DNA of 57,527 nucleotides. It comes from an uncultured Mycoplasmatota bacterium. Lineage in GTDB: Bacteria > Bacillota_I > Bacilli_A > RF39 > UBA660. Below the pieces are notes generated by a model. It did not search any database. It worked only from the letters and a program-made list of their open reading frames with translations, and was not told the DNA's origin. Both the position numbers and the translations under genes were made by a program. Location: contig CAMMMH010000006.1 of the NCBI GenBank assembly GCA_946497955.1, positions 1 to 57,527 of the forward strand, read 5' to 3'. The stretch's first letter is position 1. Each line of letters begins with the position of its first letter. Shown here piece by piece: positions 29,401 through 39,072 of this stretch.

Positions 29401-29566
29401 TTGTAACTATATAAGACTTTAAGGTATGTTCAGATGATACAATAAATCTATGAGTGGTATATCCTAAATCTTGATAACTACCTACATATCTTACTTTCCT
29501 ATTATCATAGTTTAAGCCTTTATCTAAATCACTTGGATTAACATATCTTAATAATTCTTCAGTCAT
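26423..29566 (-). CDS. SWIM zinc finger + SNF2 family helicase
   Basis: CTCP...CKH SWIM; LADEMGLGKS, DEAQ, LTGTPIEN, QATDRAHRIGQ. Confidence 0.95.
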   Translation of the reverse strand: MTEELLRYVNPSDLDKGLNYDNRKVRYVGSYQDLGYTTHRFIVSSEHTLKSYIVTIEVDSDDKEISDISCTCPQFSLTDSCKHVAAVLTKFQGEYFLFDEKEHNNILASVLLNELKRTSLDKNIVKKEARVIPYLKFESYYNYYSYYDSESFELRFKVGTNKLYMLGTKVNAFIDRYRNGGEVKFGKEFAFSNKEYYFNSESKRLINFIELAYSRLYRYDSYLVPTKTSLDDLFSIVDSIYVEGFNINRELPVVNHLPFTFKIIKEDDNHILKIDYDLTKLKKLTNDYSYLIDKNGIYRLNEKETILASNIMEEEVDSLTFSDKNFKGFKDYVIPSIKDKVELDESVDDLVIVKTPSVKLYFDILELYIECKIIFTYGDIEVNYLDKDNSNVVRDKEFERSVFLELTKYGFDSELKLHDIDEVGYFLENGIDELTDTYEVFTSEKLKNTSLIKKVKGSTSFSIGTDNILNYEFKLDNVSPSELDDIFLNLKNKKKYYRLKSGDILDLLDPSLKELEELKEDLDLDEERGEIPKFRALYLDSLRSKNRFIKTNNLFDEFVKNFKEYKDIDVNFTKSEDKLLRGYQKEGVKWLYNLYKCGLGGILADEMGLGKSLQTIIFIRRVLEEDKNAKILIVCPTALVYNWDNEFKKFSDDIKRSIFVGLKKDRHNKLKIYNGNVYITSYGLLREDLDIYKEMNFKVMVIDEAQNIKNPTAMLTKAVKSINSEIKLALTGTPIENSIIELWSIFDYIMPGFLANKSKFSEKYKIGENFDDDTNMTLSKLRSQVKPFILRRKKNEVLKDLPDKIENNIYIDLSDEEKKIYAALVKETKEEMEELLSAGFSKNKMQILTLLTRLRQVCIDPKIIFDNFNKTSSKIEHLTDVVKEAVSNGHKILLFTSFRTALNIVKDNLTKEGITSYVIDGSVSSKKRQELVDKFNTDDTNIFLIMLKSGGTGLNLTSADIVIHLDLWWNPQAENQATDRAHRIGQKNTVEVIKLITKGTIEEKILDLQAKKKILSDKLIENDGDEYKSFQNLSVDDIRELLKFNNE

Positions 29567-29636
29567 AAAAACACCACCTTTTCACATCATGTATTAATAT
29601 AACATAAAAGGAAGAAAAAAGCATCTAATAATTAAA

Positions 29637-29747
29637 TTAAATGCCTTTAAACATTACTACAATGAATAATACTATCGTCAAAATAAGAGCGATAATTGTT
29701 AAAGCAAAGATTAAATCTTCTTTCTTCTTTTCAATATCTTTATTCAT
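29637..29747 (-). CDS. Small single-TM protein (36 aa)
   Basis: AAAGGAG RBS, then MNKDIEKKKEDLIFALTIIALILTIVLFIVVMFKGI. Confidence 0.55.
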   Translation of the reverse strand: MNKDIEKKKEDLIFALTIIALILTIVLFIVVMFKGI

Positions 29748-29850
29748 AGATTGTTCTCCTTTCTCTAGAATAATAAATATCGCCCAAAAGAATATTAGAT
29801 GCTTCAATATTATAGTATCAGATTGTAATCTTTTAATCAAGAGAAACTAT

Positions 29851-32232
29851 CTAAATTATTTCTATTTGTCCGTTAGAATATCTTTCTACTACATTATCAT
29901 ACTCGACTATTTCTTTTATAAAACTGGATCTTTCTTTATAAGAGTATGGACATAGTATATATACCTTATTCTTAGTCCTAGTTAATGCTACATAGAATAA
30001 CCTTCTCTCTTCTGGATAAAGAATTGGTTCGCACTTTTCTTTTGATAATAAAGATATTACAGGTTCATCTTTTATCATACTAGGAAAGCCTCTTTTAGCA
30101 TTAATAGTATTAAGAATTATTACTTGATCAAAACCTAAACCTTTAGATTTATGAATAGTTAAATATGTTATATCAATTTTTTTATTATCCTTTAGTATAA
30201 CATGATCTCCATCACCTTTTTTAAATAGTGATACATCATAAAAGTAATCTATATCTTTATTATATCTACCTAACAAAAGAATTTTATCACGAGGATTATC
30301 TTTATATATATCTAAAATTATATCTTTTAAAATCACTTCAATCTTAGCACTATCTAAATTATTATCATAATAGTTTATTACAACAGGATTTTTTAAATGT
30401 TTTTTAGTAATTAATCTCTTATCTATTTGATAATCATTTTTAGAGATGAAAGTGTAGGCAACATCAACAAGTTCTTGACTATTTCTATAAGTATTAATAA
30501 TTTTTAAAATATCAGCATAACCCATAAGTTCATAAAAGTTTGTAAATAAAGACATATCTGCTAGGGAAAATGAGTAGATAGACTGATAATCATCCCCTAC
30601 TGCTACAATCTTTGCATTAAATAAAGTCGAAAGTTCTTTAATAAAATTATATCTTTGATAAGAGATATCTTGATATTCATCTACAAATATATAATCATAT
30701 TCAATTTTTTTAGTTTTAAGTAAAGATAGTTTTTTATAAGCATAATTAATCATATCTTGAAAATCAATTTGGTATTTACTATGAATATAATCATTATAAT
30801 AACAATAAACTTTTCTAATAAATTTTAACTGTTTTACTACTATTTCATCATCAGTATTAGTTATTAATGTATCAAAGTCCTTTAAAGTTAAATTACTAGC
30901 TTTAAATTTATTAATAAACAATCTAATTATCTTCGTAGCTTTAAAAAATATTGTATCAGTAGATGTTTCTAAAATCCTAAAATACACTTCATCTAAACTT
31001 TTCTCTATTAACTTTATATTTCTCTTTTCTAATTCTTCTTTTAATTTATTTATATAGTCAGTACCATCATCATATTCACTATACAATTCAATTAAATCAG
31101 TATTATATTTATGATGGAGTTCACGTTTCTTTTCAACTAGTCTATTATAATAATTAATATCATCAAGTGTATAGTTCCCATCTTCATTATATTTTGTAAG
31201 TCCATAAAACTCTATATATGTTTTTTTACCATTAACATCTATGGTAAAGTCTGGAGAATAACTAGCTTTATTGAAGAGATTATATGGATAAACTTCTTCA
31301 TAATGATATGGAATGTTATTACGATATAGAAAATTAGCAATGCGTGCCTCTCCTAATGATTTAACATATTCCCCATTAATAGTTCTATTATATCTAAGAC
31401 GTCTATCTATTTTGTTTTTAACTACTTCTAATAGATTATCCTTTTCTTTATGATATTTCTCTTGCATATAAAATTTATAATATTCTTTAAATGTAGGATA
31501 AGAAAAAGCTTCATCTTGAAAATTAACTTTTGATTTAAAAGCATCAATAAACTCTTTTAAAAGGCTTTTATTTTCAAAGACTACTTCTTTTATATAACTA
31601 TTAAGTATTGCTATCATTTTATTATCATCTATTATTTGTAAAGGTTTATCTGTTAGTTCTCTTAAAATAGAGATACCAAGTTTATGAAAAGTTAACACTT
31701 CTATATTAAGATTAAAATCATTATTTATTCTAAGAGAAAGTTCATCCTTTGCTTTATTAGTATATGCTAAAACTATTATTTTACGAGGATCTACTTTAAG
31801 CTTATCTACTAAATATTTAACTTTAGCGGCGATCACTGTTGTTTTACCACTTCCTGCTCCTGCAATAACTAGAGAATAATCTTCATCACTAACAATTGCC
31901 TTTCTTTGATAATTATCTAAAAGAATATTAGAATCTATTTCTTTAAACATATTATCAAAATAATCTTTATATGTAATTAAAGCATTATTAATAAAATAAG
32001 TATTATAGTTTTTAATCATATTATAGCCATTATTTATAATTTGTAACATTTTATTTTGATTATCTAAAGATAAAACACTTCTATTACTATTAAACATTTT
32101 AAATACATCTTGGTATCTATCTAAGAATTCATCAAATACTTTTTTAGAGATAAATTTATTCTTAGTAAACAAGCTTTCAAATTCAGACAAACAATTAGAT
32201 ACTGCTACACTATAATAATCATTACTATTCAT
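29851..32232 (-). CDS. UvrD-family (helicase IV-like) helicase with an inserted PD-(D/E)XK-like domain
   Basis: AGAGSGKTT, VDEYQD, VGDDYQSIY, TIHKSKGL, EERRLFYVALTR; insert KSLGE..IAN...YSPDF...IEFYG. Confidence 0.9.
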   Translation of the reverse strand: MNSNDYYSVAVSNCLSEFESLFTKNKFISKKVFDEFLDRYQDVFKMFNSNRSVLSLDNQNKMLQIINNGYNMIKNYNTYFINNALITYKDYFDNMFKEIDSNILLDNYQRKAIVSDEDYSLVIAGAGSGKTTVIAAKVKYLVDKLKVDPRKIIVLAYTNKAKDELSLRINNDFNLNIEVLTFHKLGISILRELTDKPLQIIDDNKMIAILNSYIKEVVFENKSLLKEFIDAFKSKVNFQDEAFSYPTFKEYYKFYMQEKYHKEKDNLLEVVKNKIDRRLRYNRTINGEYVKSLGEARIANFLYRNNIPYHYEEVYPYNLFNKASYSPDFTIDVNGKKTYIEFYGLTKYNEDGNYTLDDINYYNRLVEKKRELHHKYNTDLIELYSEYDDGTDYINKLKEELEKRNIKLIEKSLDEVYFRILETSTDTIFFKATKIIRLFINKFKASNLTLKDFDTLITNTDDEIVVKQLKFIRKVYCYYNDYIHSKYQIDFQDMINYAYKKLSLLKTKKIEYDYIFVDEYQDISYQRYNFIKELSTLFNAKIVAVGDDYQSIYSFSLADMSLFTNFYELMGYADILKIINTYRNSQELVDVAYTFISKNDYQIDKRLITKKHLKNPVVINYYDNNLDSAKIEVILKDIILDIYKDNPRDKILLLGRYNKDIDYFYDVSLFKKGDGDHVILKDNKKIDITYLTIHKSKGLGFDQVIILNTINAKRGFPSMIKDEPVISLLSKEKCEPILYPEERRLFYVALTRTKNKVYILCPYSYKERSSFIKEIVEYDNVVERYSNGQIEII

Positions 32233-32303
32233 AAGACCACCTACTATAATAATAGTAACACAAAATTTGTATAAGTGCATTTAAAAACATCTCATTAGAG
32301 ATG

Positions 32304-33191
32304 TTAGTTGTCAATTTCTATAAGTTCATACTCACGGTTACCTACACCAAGGTCATAAGCTGCTTCTACAGTATGTATACCATGAAGTGATTCAATTCTA
32401 CTAATTAGTTTATCTTTACCAGGATCAGTAGAGTTATATACAAAGTCAAGGCAAGCTTGATCTATTGCTACTGGATCAGTTGATGCAAGTATACCAATAT
32501 CTTGCATACAAGGAGCTGAGGCATTACCATCACAGTCACAATCTATTGAAATATTTTTCATGACATTAATGTAAACAGCATTACCTTTAAAGTAATCTAC
32601 TACAGAACTAGCAGCATCTGCCATTGCCTCTAAGAATCGATCTTGTTCTGGTAAGTTACCAAATAGTTTTGTTTGGTCATTTGTAACACCTGCTGTATGA
32701 ATTAGTGTTTTACCAGCTGATGAAGCACAACCAATAGATAATTGTTTTAAAGCTCCGCCATATCCTCCCATAGCATGTCCTTTAAAATGAGATAGAACAA
32801 GTAATGAGTCATACTTTGCTAAGTCTTTTCCTACATAGTTTTTCTTTAAGACTTTACCATTAGGAATATCTAGTTCCATATCAGGTCCTTCAGCATCTAA
32901 TAAATCAAATGGAAAATATTTATCCCATTCATGTTCTTTAATTAATTCACGATGTTTTTCTGTAGAGTTTCTAGCTCCTTCATAAGCAGTGTTACATTCA
33001 ACAACAGTACCATGAACATAGTTAATTACATCTTTAACAAACTCTGGTCTTAGATAGTTCTTATTACCTTTCTCTCCAGAATGCATTTTAACGGCTACAT
33101 TTCCTTCTAATTTTTTTCCAACAACCCCATAAGCCTTAATAATGTTTTCAGGAGTTATCTCCTTAATAAAATATACTTTTGATTTTTCCAT
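32304..33191 (-). CDS. DUF362-domain putative Fe-S protein
   Basis: VAVKMHSGE, VECNTAY, SHFKGH..GGYGGALKQL, DCDC, STDPVAIDQAC. Confidence 0.88.
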   Translation of the reverse strand: MEKSKVYFIKEITPENIIKAYGVVGKKLEGNVAVKMHSGEKGNKNYLRPEFVKDVINYVHGTVVECNTAYEGARNSTEKHRELIKEHEWDKYFPFDLLDAEGPDMELDIPNGKVLKKNYVGKDLAKYDSLLVLSHFKGHAMGGYGGALKQLSIGCASSAGKTLIHTAGVTNDQTKLFGNLPEQDRFLEAMADAASSVVDYFKGNAVYINVMKNISIDCDCDGNASAPCMQDIGILASTDPVAIDQACLDFVYNSTDPGKDKLISRIESLHGIHTVEAAYDLGVGNREYELIEIDN

Positions 33192-33236
33192 AATTTATAT
33201 TTCCTCCTTTATTTGGTATATATCGTTTTTTATATT

Positions 33237-33653
33237 TTATAATTTATTATACTTTTCATCAGTTACAGGTTCACACCATTCATTTGAAGTTTCTTCGCCT
33301 GGTACTTCAATTGCTAAGTGGCTAAACCAAGAATCTTTCTTTGCTCCATGCCAATGTTTTACATTAGCAGGAATAGTAATAACCATACCAGGTTTTAGAC
33401 TAACTGCCTCTTTTCCTTCTTCTTGGTACCATCCTTCTCCATCAACACAGATAAGAATTTGTCCACCACCATTTTTAGCATGATGAATGTGCCAATTATT
33501 ACGACAAGCTGGTTCAAATGTAACGTTAGCGATGAATAGACTTGTCTTATTAGGATCAGTTAAAGGATTTAAATAACTTTTACCTATAAAGTATTTGGCA
33601 TAAGCCGTATTTTCTTCTCCTAAACCAAAGTCTCCTCCATGTTTCTCATTCAT
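33237..33653 (-). CDS. Cupin domain protein
   Basis: NVTFEPACRNNWHIH, GQIL, KHWHGA. Confidence 0.92.
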   Translation of the reverse strand: MNEKHGGDFGLGEENTAYAKYFIGKSYLNPLTDPNKTSLFIANVTFEPACRNNWHIHHAKNGGGQILICVDGEGWYQEEGKEAVSLKPGMVITIPANVKHWHGAKKDSWFSHLAIEVPGEETSNEWCEPVTDEKYNKL

Positions 33654-34315
33654 TATTTATCACTTCCTTTAATAGTTATATTCTTAATTAAATTAATTGT
33701 ATTTAAACTTATAGGAAAGCCTAAATAAGGAACCAAATTCTTTACTACTTCTATCAATAACTCTTTACTATTGCCTAAAGCTAGATTAGCATTGATGTGA
33801 GATGAAAGCTGTGGGGCAACATCCTCGTAAGATGCTAGAGTTGCAAAAGTAACTAGTTCTCTTTCTTGATAATTTAAATAATCTCTTGTATAAAAGTCGC
33901 CAAAACAATAACTTGCCAAATAATCCCAAATAAATTTAAAATCTTCACTTTCTCCATCTCTTGATTTATCAATATTTTCTTTACCAAAAAGATTGTACTG
34001 TGTTTCTAACCCTTTAGAATATCTATCTTCATTTGTTGTAGTAGAAGCTGAATTTATTTTTCCTAAAACTTCTTCTGCTGTTACAAGAAATGGATAAACC
34101 TTACCATACCCTAGATATGGAACAGTCTGATATACTGCTTCCTTCAATGATTCTTTATCTACATGAGTTACCGCCTCACTTAACTTATCTTTAAATATCT
34201 CTTTACTATTAGTAGATATTAAAGCTGGTAATATAGTAAGATATTTACTTCTTTCATCAAGGTTGCTTTTAATATCATTATTTATAAAATTATTTACAAT
34301 ATTCTCTATTTCCAT
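33653..34315 (-). CDS. Carboxymuconolactone decarboxylase family protein
   Basis: YQTVPYLGY, CFGDFYTR...RELVTF, PYLGFP. Confidence 0.9.
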   Translation of the reverse strand: MEIENIVNNFINNDIKSNLDERSKYLTILPALISTNSKEIFKDKLSEAVTHVDKESLKEAVYQTVPYLGYGKVYPFLVTAEEVLGKINSASTTTNEDRYSKGLETQYNLFGKENIDKSRDGESEDFKFIWDYLASYCFGDFYTRDYLNYQERELVTFATLASYEDVAPQLSSHINANLALGNSKELLIEVVKNLVPYLGFPISLNTINLIKNITIKGSDK

Positions 34316-34343
34316 TACTCTCCTCCTTATTTCTTACAAGATA

Positions 34344-34374
34344 ATTCTATCACTTAGACTTAACTCCAAGTCAA
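34344..34374 (-). promoter_or_regulatory. MerR-type (AdhR/NmlR-like) promoter with a 19-bp spacer and dyad
   Basis: TTGACT-19 nt-TAGAAT, with the dyad ACTTGGAGTTAAGTCTAAGT over the spacer. Confidence 0.75.
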
Positions 34375-34381
34375 GAGAAAA

Positions 34382-34693
34382 TTACTTAGTTTCCTCTTCT
34401 ATCCACTTTAAATAATCATTACTTGGACTAGTTAAAGGAAAAACGGCAAATTCAAATACTTCATAACTATGAATTTCTTTTATTACTTTATAAACTTCAT
34501 TAATTAAAGACTCTTTTGTCTTCATAAAGACTAAATACCCTTTATCGCTTTCAAGCTCTCCATTATAATTCCAAATACTATCACTAGTTAATACTTGTAA
34601 ACTTGCTACTAACTTTTCTTTTAAAAGTTTTTCTTCTGTTAAATTAACTTCTTCCTTATTATTAAAAGCAACTTCTATCATTACGTATTTCAT
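34382..34693 (-). CDS. cutA: Divalent-cation tolerance protein CutA
   Basis: LLKEKLVASLQ, MKT, IKEIHSYEV, YLKWI. Confidence 0.88.
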   Translation of the reverse strand: MKYVMIEVAFNNKEEVNLTEEKLLKEKLVASLQVLTSDSIWNYNGELESDKGYLVFMKTKESLINEVYKVIKEIHSYEVFEFAVFPLTSPSNDYLKWIEEETK

Positions 34694-34788
34694 TTTGTCA
34701 CCTTCAAGTATATTATATAAAATTAAATTCTTATATTCAATTATTTCTATATTTTTCCATATTTTTCCAATTTATAGTAAAAGAAAAA

Positions 34789-35811
34789 CTAGTCTTGGAA
34801 ATGTCCAAATCTAGCTTTTTCTTCATAACATGTATTTAATAAATCTAAGTCCTTTATAATATTTTTAGGAGTACACTCTAAATATAATGACTCTTCTGGT
34901 TCAATATAGCCTTTATCACTATTAATATATATTGATAGAGGTTTATCTATACCAATAGCATAACTAATAACAACTTCACACCAAGATAAATTATATTTAG
35001 ATAAATAATCTTTAGCGACTAATCTTGCTTTATAAGCTGCACTTCTATCTACTTTAGTAGGATCTTTTCCAGAAAAAGCACCTCCACCTACTCTTGCAAA
35101 TGATTGATAAGAATCAACTACTATCTTTCTTCCCGTAAGACCAGAATCTCCTTCAAAACCACCTATTTCAAATCTACCAGTAGGATTAATTAAAAACTCT
35201 TCTATTTCAATATCATAATCTTTACATATATTAATACATACCTCTTTTATTAAATTATCTGTATAGTCACGATGTTCTTCATCATTTTGATAAGAGATAG
35301 TAAAATATTTTATTCTCTTTAATTTCATATTATCATCGTAATAACCTGTTATTTCTGCTTTACCATCACTTCTTAGATAAGAACAATTTAGTCTTTCTTT
35401 ATCATACCATTTACTAAATCTTTGAAGTATTACCATAGCAGTAGGAAGTAGTTCTTTAGTATCATTACAAGCATAACCAAACATCATTCCTTGGTCCCCT
35501 GCACCTCCCACTTCATCATTTGTACCCATTGCAATATCAAAACTTTGCTTACCTAAATTATTAATTATTTCATAGTTAGTATCATAGCCAACATCTTTCA
35601 ATACTCTTTTAACAACACTCTCTACATCAACATCTACTTTACTAGTAACTTCTCCTGTAATAAATATTTTGCCTTTACCACCCATTACTTCTATACCACA
35701 TCTAGAGTGTTTATCTTCTTTTAAATAAGCATCAAGTAAAGCATCACTAATTTGATCACACACTTTATCAGGATGACCACGAAATACTATTTCATTTGTA
35801 TATAATCTCAT
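34789..35811 (-). CDS. metK: S-adenosylmethionine synthetase (short form)
   Basis: GHPDKVCDQISD, GAGDQGMMFGYA, INPTGRF, GLTGRKI, GGGAFSGKDPTKVDRS. Confidence 0.95.
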   Translation of the reverse strand: MRLYTNEIVFRGHPDKVCDQISDALLDAYLKEDKHSRCGIEVMGGKGKIFITGEVTSKVDVDVESVVKRVLKDVGYDTNYEIINNLGKQSFDIAMGTNDEVGGAGDQGMMFGYACNDTKELLPTAMVILQRFSKWYDKERLNCSYLRSDGKAEITGYYDDNMKLKRIKYFTISYQNDEEHRDYTDNLIKEVCINICKDYDIEIEEFLINPTGRFEIGGFEGDSGLTGRKIVVDSYQSFARVGGGAFSGKDPTKVDRSAAYKARLVAKDYLSKYNLSWCEVVISYAIGIDKPLSIYINSDKGYIEPEESLYLECTPKNIIKDLDLLNTCYEEKARFGHFQD

Positions 35812-35865
35812 AACAACATCATCTTCCTTAATCGATTAAATAAAGTTAACAAATTAATGCTAACT

Positions 35866-37839
35866 TTACTTACCACAACATTTTTTATATTTTTTTCCAC
35901 TCCCACATGGACAAGGATCATTTCTACCTACTTTTTTCTCTTTAGGCATAGAATTAACTTCTTTTTTAGTATAACCATTAAAAGCCCATATAGGTATATC
36001 ATTCTTATATTTATTTATAATATTATTTATATTCTTATAGTCTGTATTACTAGCTTTAATCTTATAATCTTCAAAAATAGGAATTAAAATATCAGGTACA
36101 TAACAATTCATATTTATTAAGGTAATAATATACATACCAATCTCTCTTGCATCATCTTCATTTTTACATAGTTTATTTATATAACTACGTAATTCGCTCT
36201 CTAAAGTATTCAAAAAATCAAGTTCATAATAACTATCAAAATCAACCTCTTTATACTTTTTAAAGTTTTTCTTACTAGGCAATAAAAATTTGTCTATTAC
36301 TTCATCAGTTTCATCTAGAACACAATAATAATTGTCTATACTATACATATCTAAAGTTTTAATAACTGTATCTAATTCATCAATCGTATACTCTAAATCA
36401 TGATTTTCTTGAAGTAATCTTTGTAATATCTTTTTTTCAATAATACCATTATAAAGCATATATAGATTTAGTATTTCTCTATCATCCAAACCATTAAAGC
36501 CATAATCATCACTTAAATCAAAATTATTAATTATCTCTTTAATTTCATCAGGAATTATTACCCTAACTTCTTCTTTATCTTTATATATATAAGCATATCC
36601 ATTTATAATAAAGCTTGTTATAGTATCATTTCCATTATAAGGTTCATTATCTAAAGATAAAATATCTTGTATTTCCTCATATTCATCAAAATAATTTATT
36701 CCTTCTTCTTTAAAATCATCAATTATAGCATCTTCTATTTCATATGTATCATCTAAATAATATGAATCTAATAACTGTGCTAATCCCTCATTTGATAATT
36801 TATTTAAACATTCTTTTAAAGTTGTTTTCTTAGGCTTTTCTTGAAGCATTAAATTTTCTATTTTACCTTCATCTATAGTATTTCCACCATTTTCCCAAAA
36901 TCTTATATTATCATATTCTTCATCAATTATTTCTTCTAACTTCTTTTTGTCCTTTTTACTTAAATTAAATTCATCACTAAAGTCTTTTAAAATTTCCAAA
37001 GAATCCCTTTCTTTTAATAATAATTTAGATATTATTACATTCATTGCTTCTTTACGAGGAATATCTATAATATTAACAATAGTTTCTACTAATAGCATAA
37101 TTCTCATCATATATGAAACATAATCTTGAATTTTTCTTTTAATGTATCTTCTATTTTCTAAATTAATAGCATATTCATCTTTATAAGGTATATCTTTAAG
37201 CCATAAATACTTTTTATTATTTATATCTTTAATAAGAATAGCATCTTTTATTTCCTTAAGTAACTCTTCTTTTGTAAATAAATTATCAAAATTACCATAA
37301 TAATCAAAAATAAAATCTTCATCTACAAGACCCATACTAAAAAACATTGAAAATAGTTTTGTAACTACTTCACTTTTTAAAGCAGTAGCTTTATCTTCTT
37401 TAGTAACTTTTTCTAAATATATTTTTTTAATATCATTAGGAAGCACATAAATAACTTCTTCTTTTTTATTTAAATAACCATAAACTATACCAGCATATAC
37501 AAACACTTGAGCGATAGCATCAATTTCCTTATTATTAGCTAAGTTTTCAATATTAACATATTGTTTATATGGCATACCACTCAAAATATCTAAAAAATTT
37601 TCTTTAATTTTTCTATCTAAAAGTTTTATTAACTCATTATCATGCTTATTATTTAATTCATCTCGTTCATAATAAGCCTTTGCTACAATATACAACTGTT
37701 CACTACTTAAAGCCTTTAAAAAATCTTTTAGATTTCCTTCAACTTTATTTTCTAAAAACAAACATTCTACAGGATACATTTCCATTAATTCGTCAATATT
37801 ATCAATTATATTATTACTTAATTCTTTTTCTTTTAACAT
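35866..37839 (-). CDS. SEC-C zinc-binding motif protein with a duplicated acidic domain
   Basis: C-terminal [21 protein letters not shown]; no SecA ATPase motifs. Confidence 0.85.
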   Translation of the reverse strand: MLKEKELSNNIIDNIDELMEMYPVECLFLENKVEGNLKDFLKALSSEQLYIVAKAYYERDELNNKHDNELIKLLDRKIKENFLDILSGMPYKQYVNIENLANNKEIDAIAQVFVYAGIVYGYLNKKEEVIYVLPNDIKKIYLEKVTKEDKATALKSEVVTKLFSMFFSMGLVDEDFIFDYYGNFDNLFTKEELLKEIKDAILIKDINNKKYLWLKDIPYKDEYAINLENRRYIKRKIQDYVSYMMRIMLLVETIVNIIDIPRKEAMNVIISKLLLKERDSLEILKDFSDEFNLSKKDKKKLEEIIDEEYDNIRFWENGGNTIDEGKIENLMLQEKPKKTTLKECLNKLSNEGLAQLLDSYYLDDTYEIEDAIIDDFKEEGINYFDEYEEIQDILSLDNEPYNGNDTITSFIINGYAYIYKDKEEVRVIIPDEIKEIINNFDLSDDYGFNGLDDREILNLYMLYNGIIEKKILQRLLQENHDLEYTIDELDTVIKTLDMYSIDNYYCVLDETDEVIDKFLLPSKKNFKKYKEVDFDSYYELDFLNTLESELRSYINKLCKNEDDAREIGMYIITLINMNCYVPDILIPIFEDYKIKASNTDYKNINNIINKYKNDIPIWAFNGYTKKEVNSMPKEKKVGRNDPCPCGSGKKYKKCCGK

Positions 37840-37842
37840 AAA

Positions 37843-39072
37843 CTACTTCTCCTCTAATTTCATTTTAATAAATTTTTCTATAAATAACAAGTTATTTTCT
37901 TGATAACCACACTTTTTATTTTCAAATAGTAAACTCTTAACTTCTTGTAACTCTTTTGACTTAACAAGTTCTAATTTATGAAGTCTATTATTACCAACAC
38001 TAACACTAGGTTTAGTATTAAAGTAACTTTTCCCATCATAAAGAAATAATTTAATATTACTATATTTATTATTTAGTTTATCTGCTATTAATAATCCTTC
38101 AGGATCATAATCTCCATTATAATAAAGAGTTGTATCACTAGTAATATTTTCTAATAATTTATAGAAAGCAAGATTAGGAATACCAGATGTTATTATAATA
38201 GAAATATCTAAATCCTTATTCTTAAAATAATTTAAAATAGAAGGATTTTCAAAGATAAATATCTTATTACTCTTGCCAGTTATATTATTTAATTTAAAAA
38301 TATTATCAATATTTAAGTTCATAACATCAAAAGGCATTTCTTTATCATAAACTAGGTTATATGTAATAACATAATTACTAAGCGAATCTATATAGACATT
38401 TATCTTTTCTAATAGTTTAGTCTTATCTAAATTAGTATTAGGTATATCACATTCTAAAATATTACTTAATATTCTATAGAAAAGATTACTACTCTTAGCA
38501 TTATAATCTAAATAATGAGGATTAGAGGTTATTGAAGCATAAATTGGTAAATAAGTTATCTTATCTGGAATATTACTTAATAGTTTATCTATCATAAGTA
38601 ATTCTTCTTTTAAAGCTTTTTTATTTTGTTTATATTTACTTTTTATATTACGCATAGTACTAAAGTTTTTATTTATATTTCTTTCAAAAAAATCTTTAAG
38701 TTTCTCACTCGTAAGTTCTAAAAGTAAATCTTCTATAAATGAAACAAACTCTTCATGAAATTTTCTCTTCTTTAAGGTATTAGTAAGATAAGAAAAATCA
38801 TCATAGGTATTATAGAAGTAATCAGTAAACTCAAAGTCTTGAAATTTGCTTTTATCAAGTACTTTATTAAATTCACTTATCTTTATTTTATAAGTCTTAC
38901 CTTCTTCAAATTTTCTAGCAAAGAAATCTGTTAGACTAACTGCTTCTTCATAAGTTATATTATCAAGAGTAATAATCCCTGTTACCCTACCATAACTTTG
39001 ATACTTCTCTTTAGCTTTTACCATAAACCTTTCAAAACCTTTATTATTCTTAAAATAATCTAAATAATCCAT
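37843..39072 (-). CDS. jetD: Wadjet type II JetD (TIGR02679; DUF3323-DUF2399 Toprim nuclease)
   Basis: FIFENPSI and YYNGDYDPEGLLIA Toprim motifs, NPHYLD; last gene of the four-gene SMC operon. Confidence 0.88.
   Translation of the reverse strand: MDYLDYFKNNKGFERFMVKAKEKYQSYGRVTGIITLDNITYEEAVSLTDFFARKFEEGKTYKIKISEFNKVLDKSKFQDFEFTDYFYNTYDDFSYLTNTLKKRKFHEEFVSFIEDLLLELTSEKLKDFFERNINKNFSTMRNIKSKYKQNKKALKEELLMIDKLLSNIPDKITYLPIYASITSNPHYLDYNAKSSNLFYRILSNILECDIPNTNLDKTKLLEKINVYIDSLSNYVITYNLVYDKEMPFDVMNLNIDNIFKLNNITGKSNKIFIFENPSILNYFKNKDLDISIIITSGIPNLAFYKLLENITSDTTLYYNGDYDPEGLLIADKLNNKYSNIKLFLYDGKSYFNTKPSVSVGNNRLHKLELVKSKELQEVKSLLFENKKCGYQENNLLFIEKFIKMKLEEK

Noticed and set aside
35866-37839. secA call for the SEC-C protein
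   Set aside because: Only the C-terminal zinc motif is present; there is no DEAD-like ATPase.
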